From the human T2T-CHM13v2.0 reference genome, Homo sapiens: a DNA stretch of 64,000 nucleotides. Within the stretch, counting starts at the first letter, position 1. Every line of letters starts with the position of its first letter. The DNA is taken from assembly GCF_009914755.1 (NCBI RefSeq), contig NC_060948.1; one strand, 5' to 3'. Position numbers and translations under genes: made by a program. The notes below the pieces were generated by a model. The model was not told the origin of the DNA. It worked only from the letters and a program-made list of their open reading frames with translations, and did no database searches. This document shows positions 63,921 to 64,000 of the stretch, in pieces.

Positions 63921-64000
63921 TCACATGTGGGAAATAGCTATAGCACAATAAAAATAAATGTATTAAGTGTGAACAACAAAAAAGCTAGTAAAGGTTGAAC

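Overview
Primate (human or great-ape-like) nuclear DNA with no recognisable protein-coding gene. It is dominated by interspersed repeats: about 40 Alus (J, S and Y lineages, many with clear target-site duplications, TSDs), old L1M/L2/MIR remnants, one short L1PA fragment, MER5A and MER8 DNA transposons, and about ten LTRs or LTR remnants (MLT1, MSTA, two MER66-like, LTR47-like, LTR9B-like, MER4D-like). Almost every ORF in the supplied track is Alu/L1-derived or random. The only gene-derived sequence is an intronless RPL41 retrocopy (18100-18527) whose 25-codon ORF is still open; it is too short for the ORF track. The most unusual structure is a ~1.1 kb fold-back inverted duplication inside one MLT1 LTR (26021-27131). 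From memory, not a search, the right half resembles the human 1p36.33 subtelomeric segmental-duplication family and may include the empty insertion site of the chr1 ~5.8 kb NUMT near 51000. I see no evidence for a new biological system; the findings are structural, evolutionary or regulatory leads. Repeat family names are by-eye recognitions, and boundaries of old repeats are approximate.
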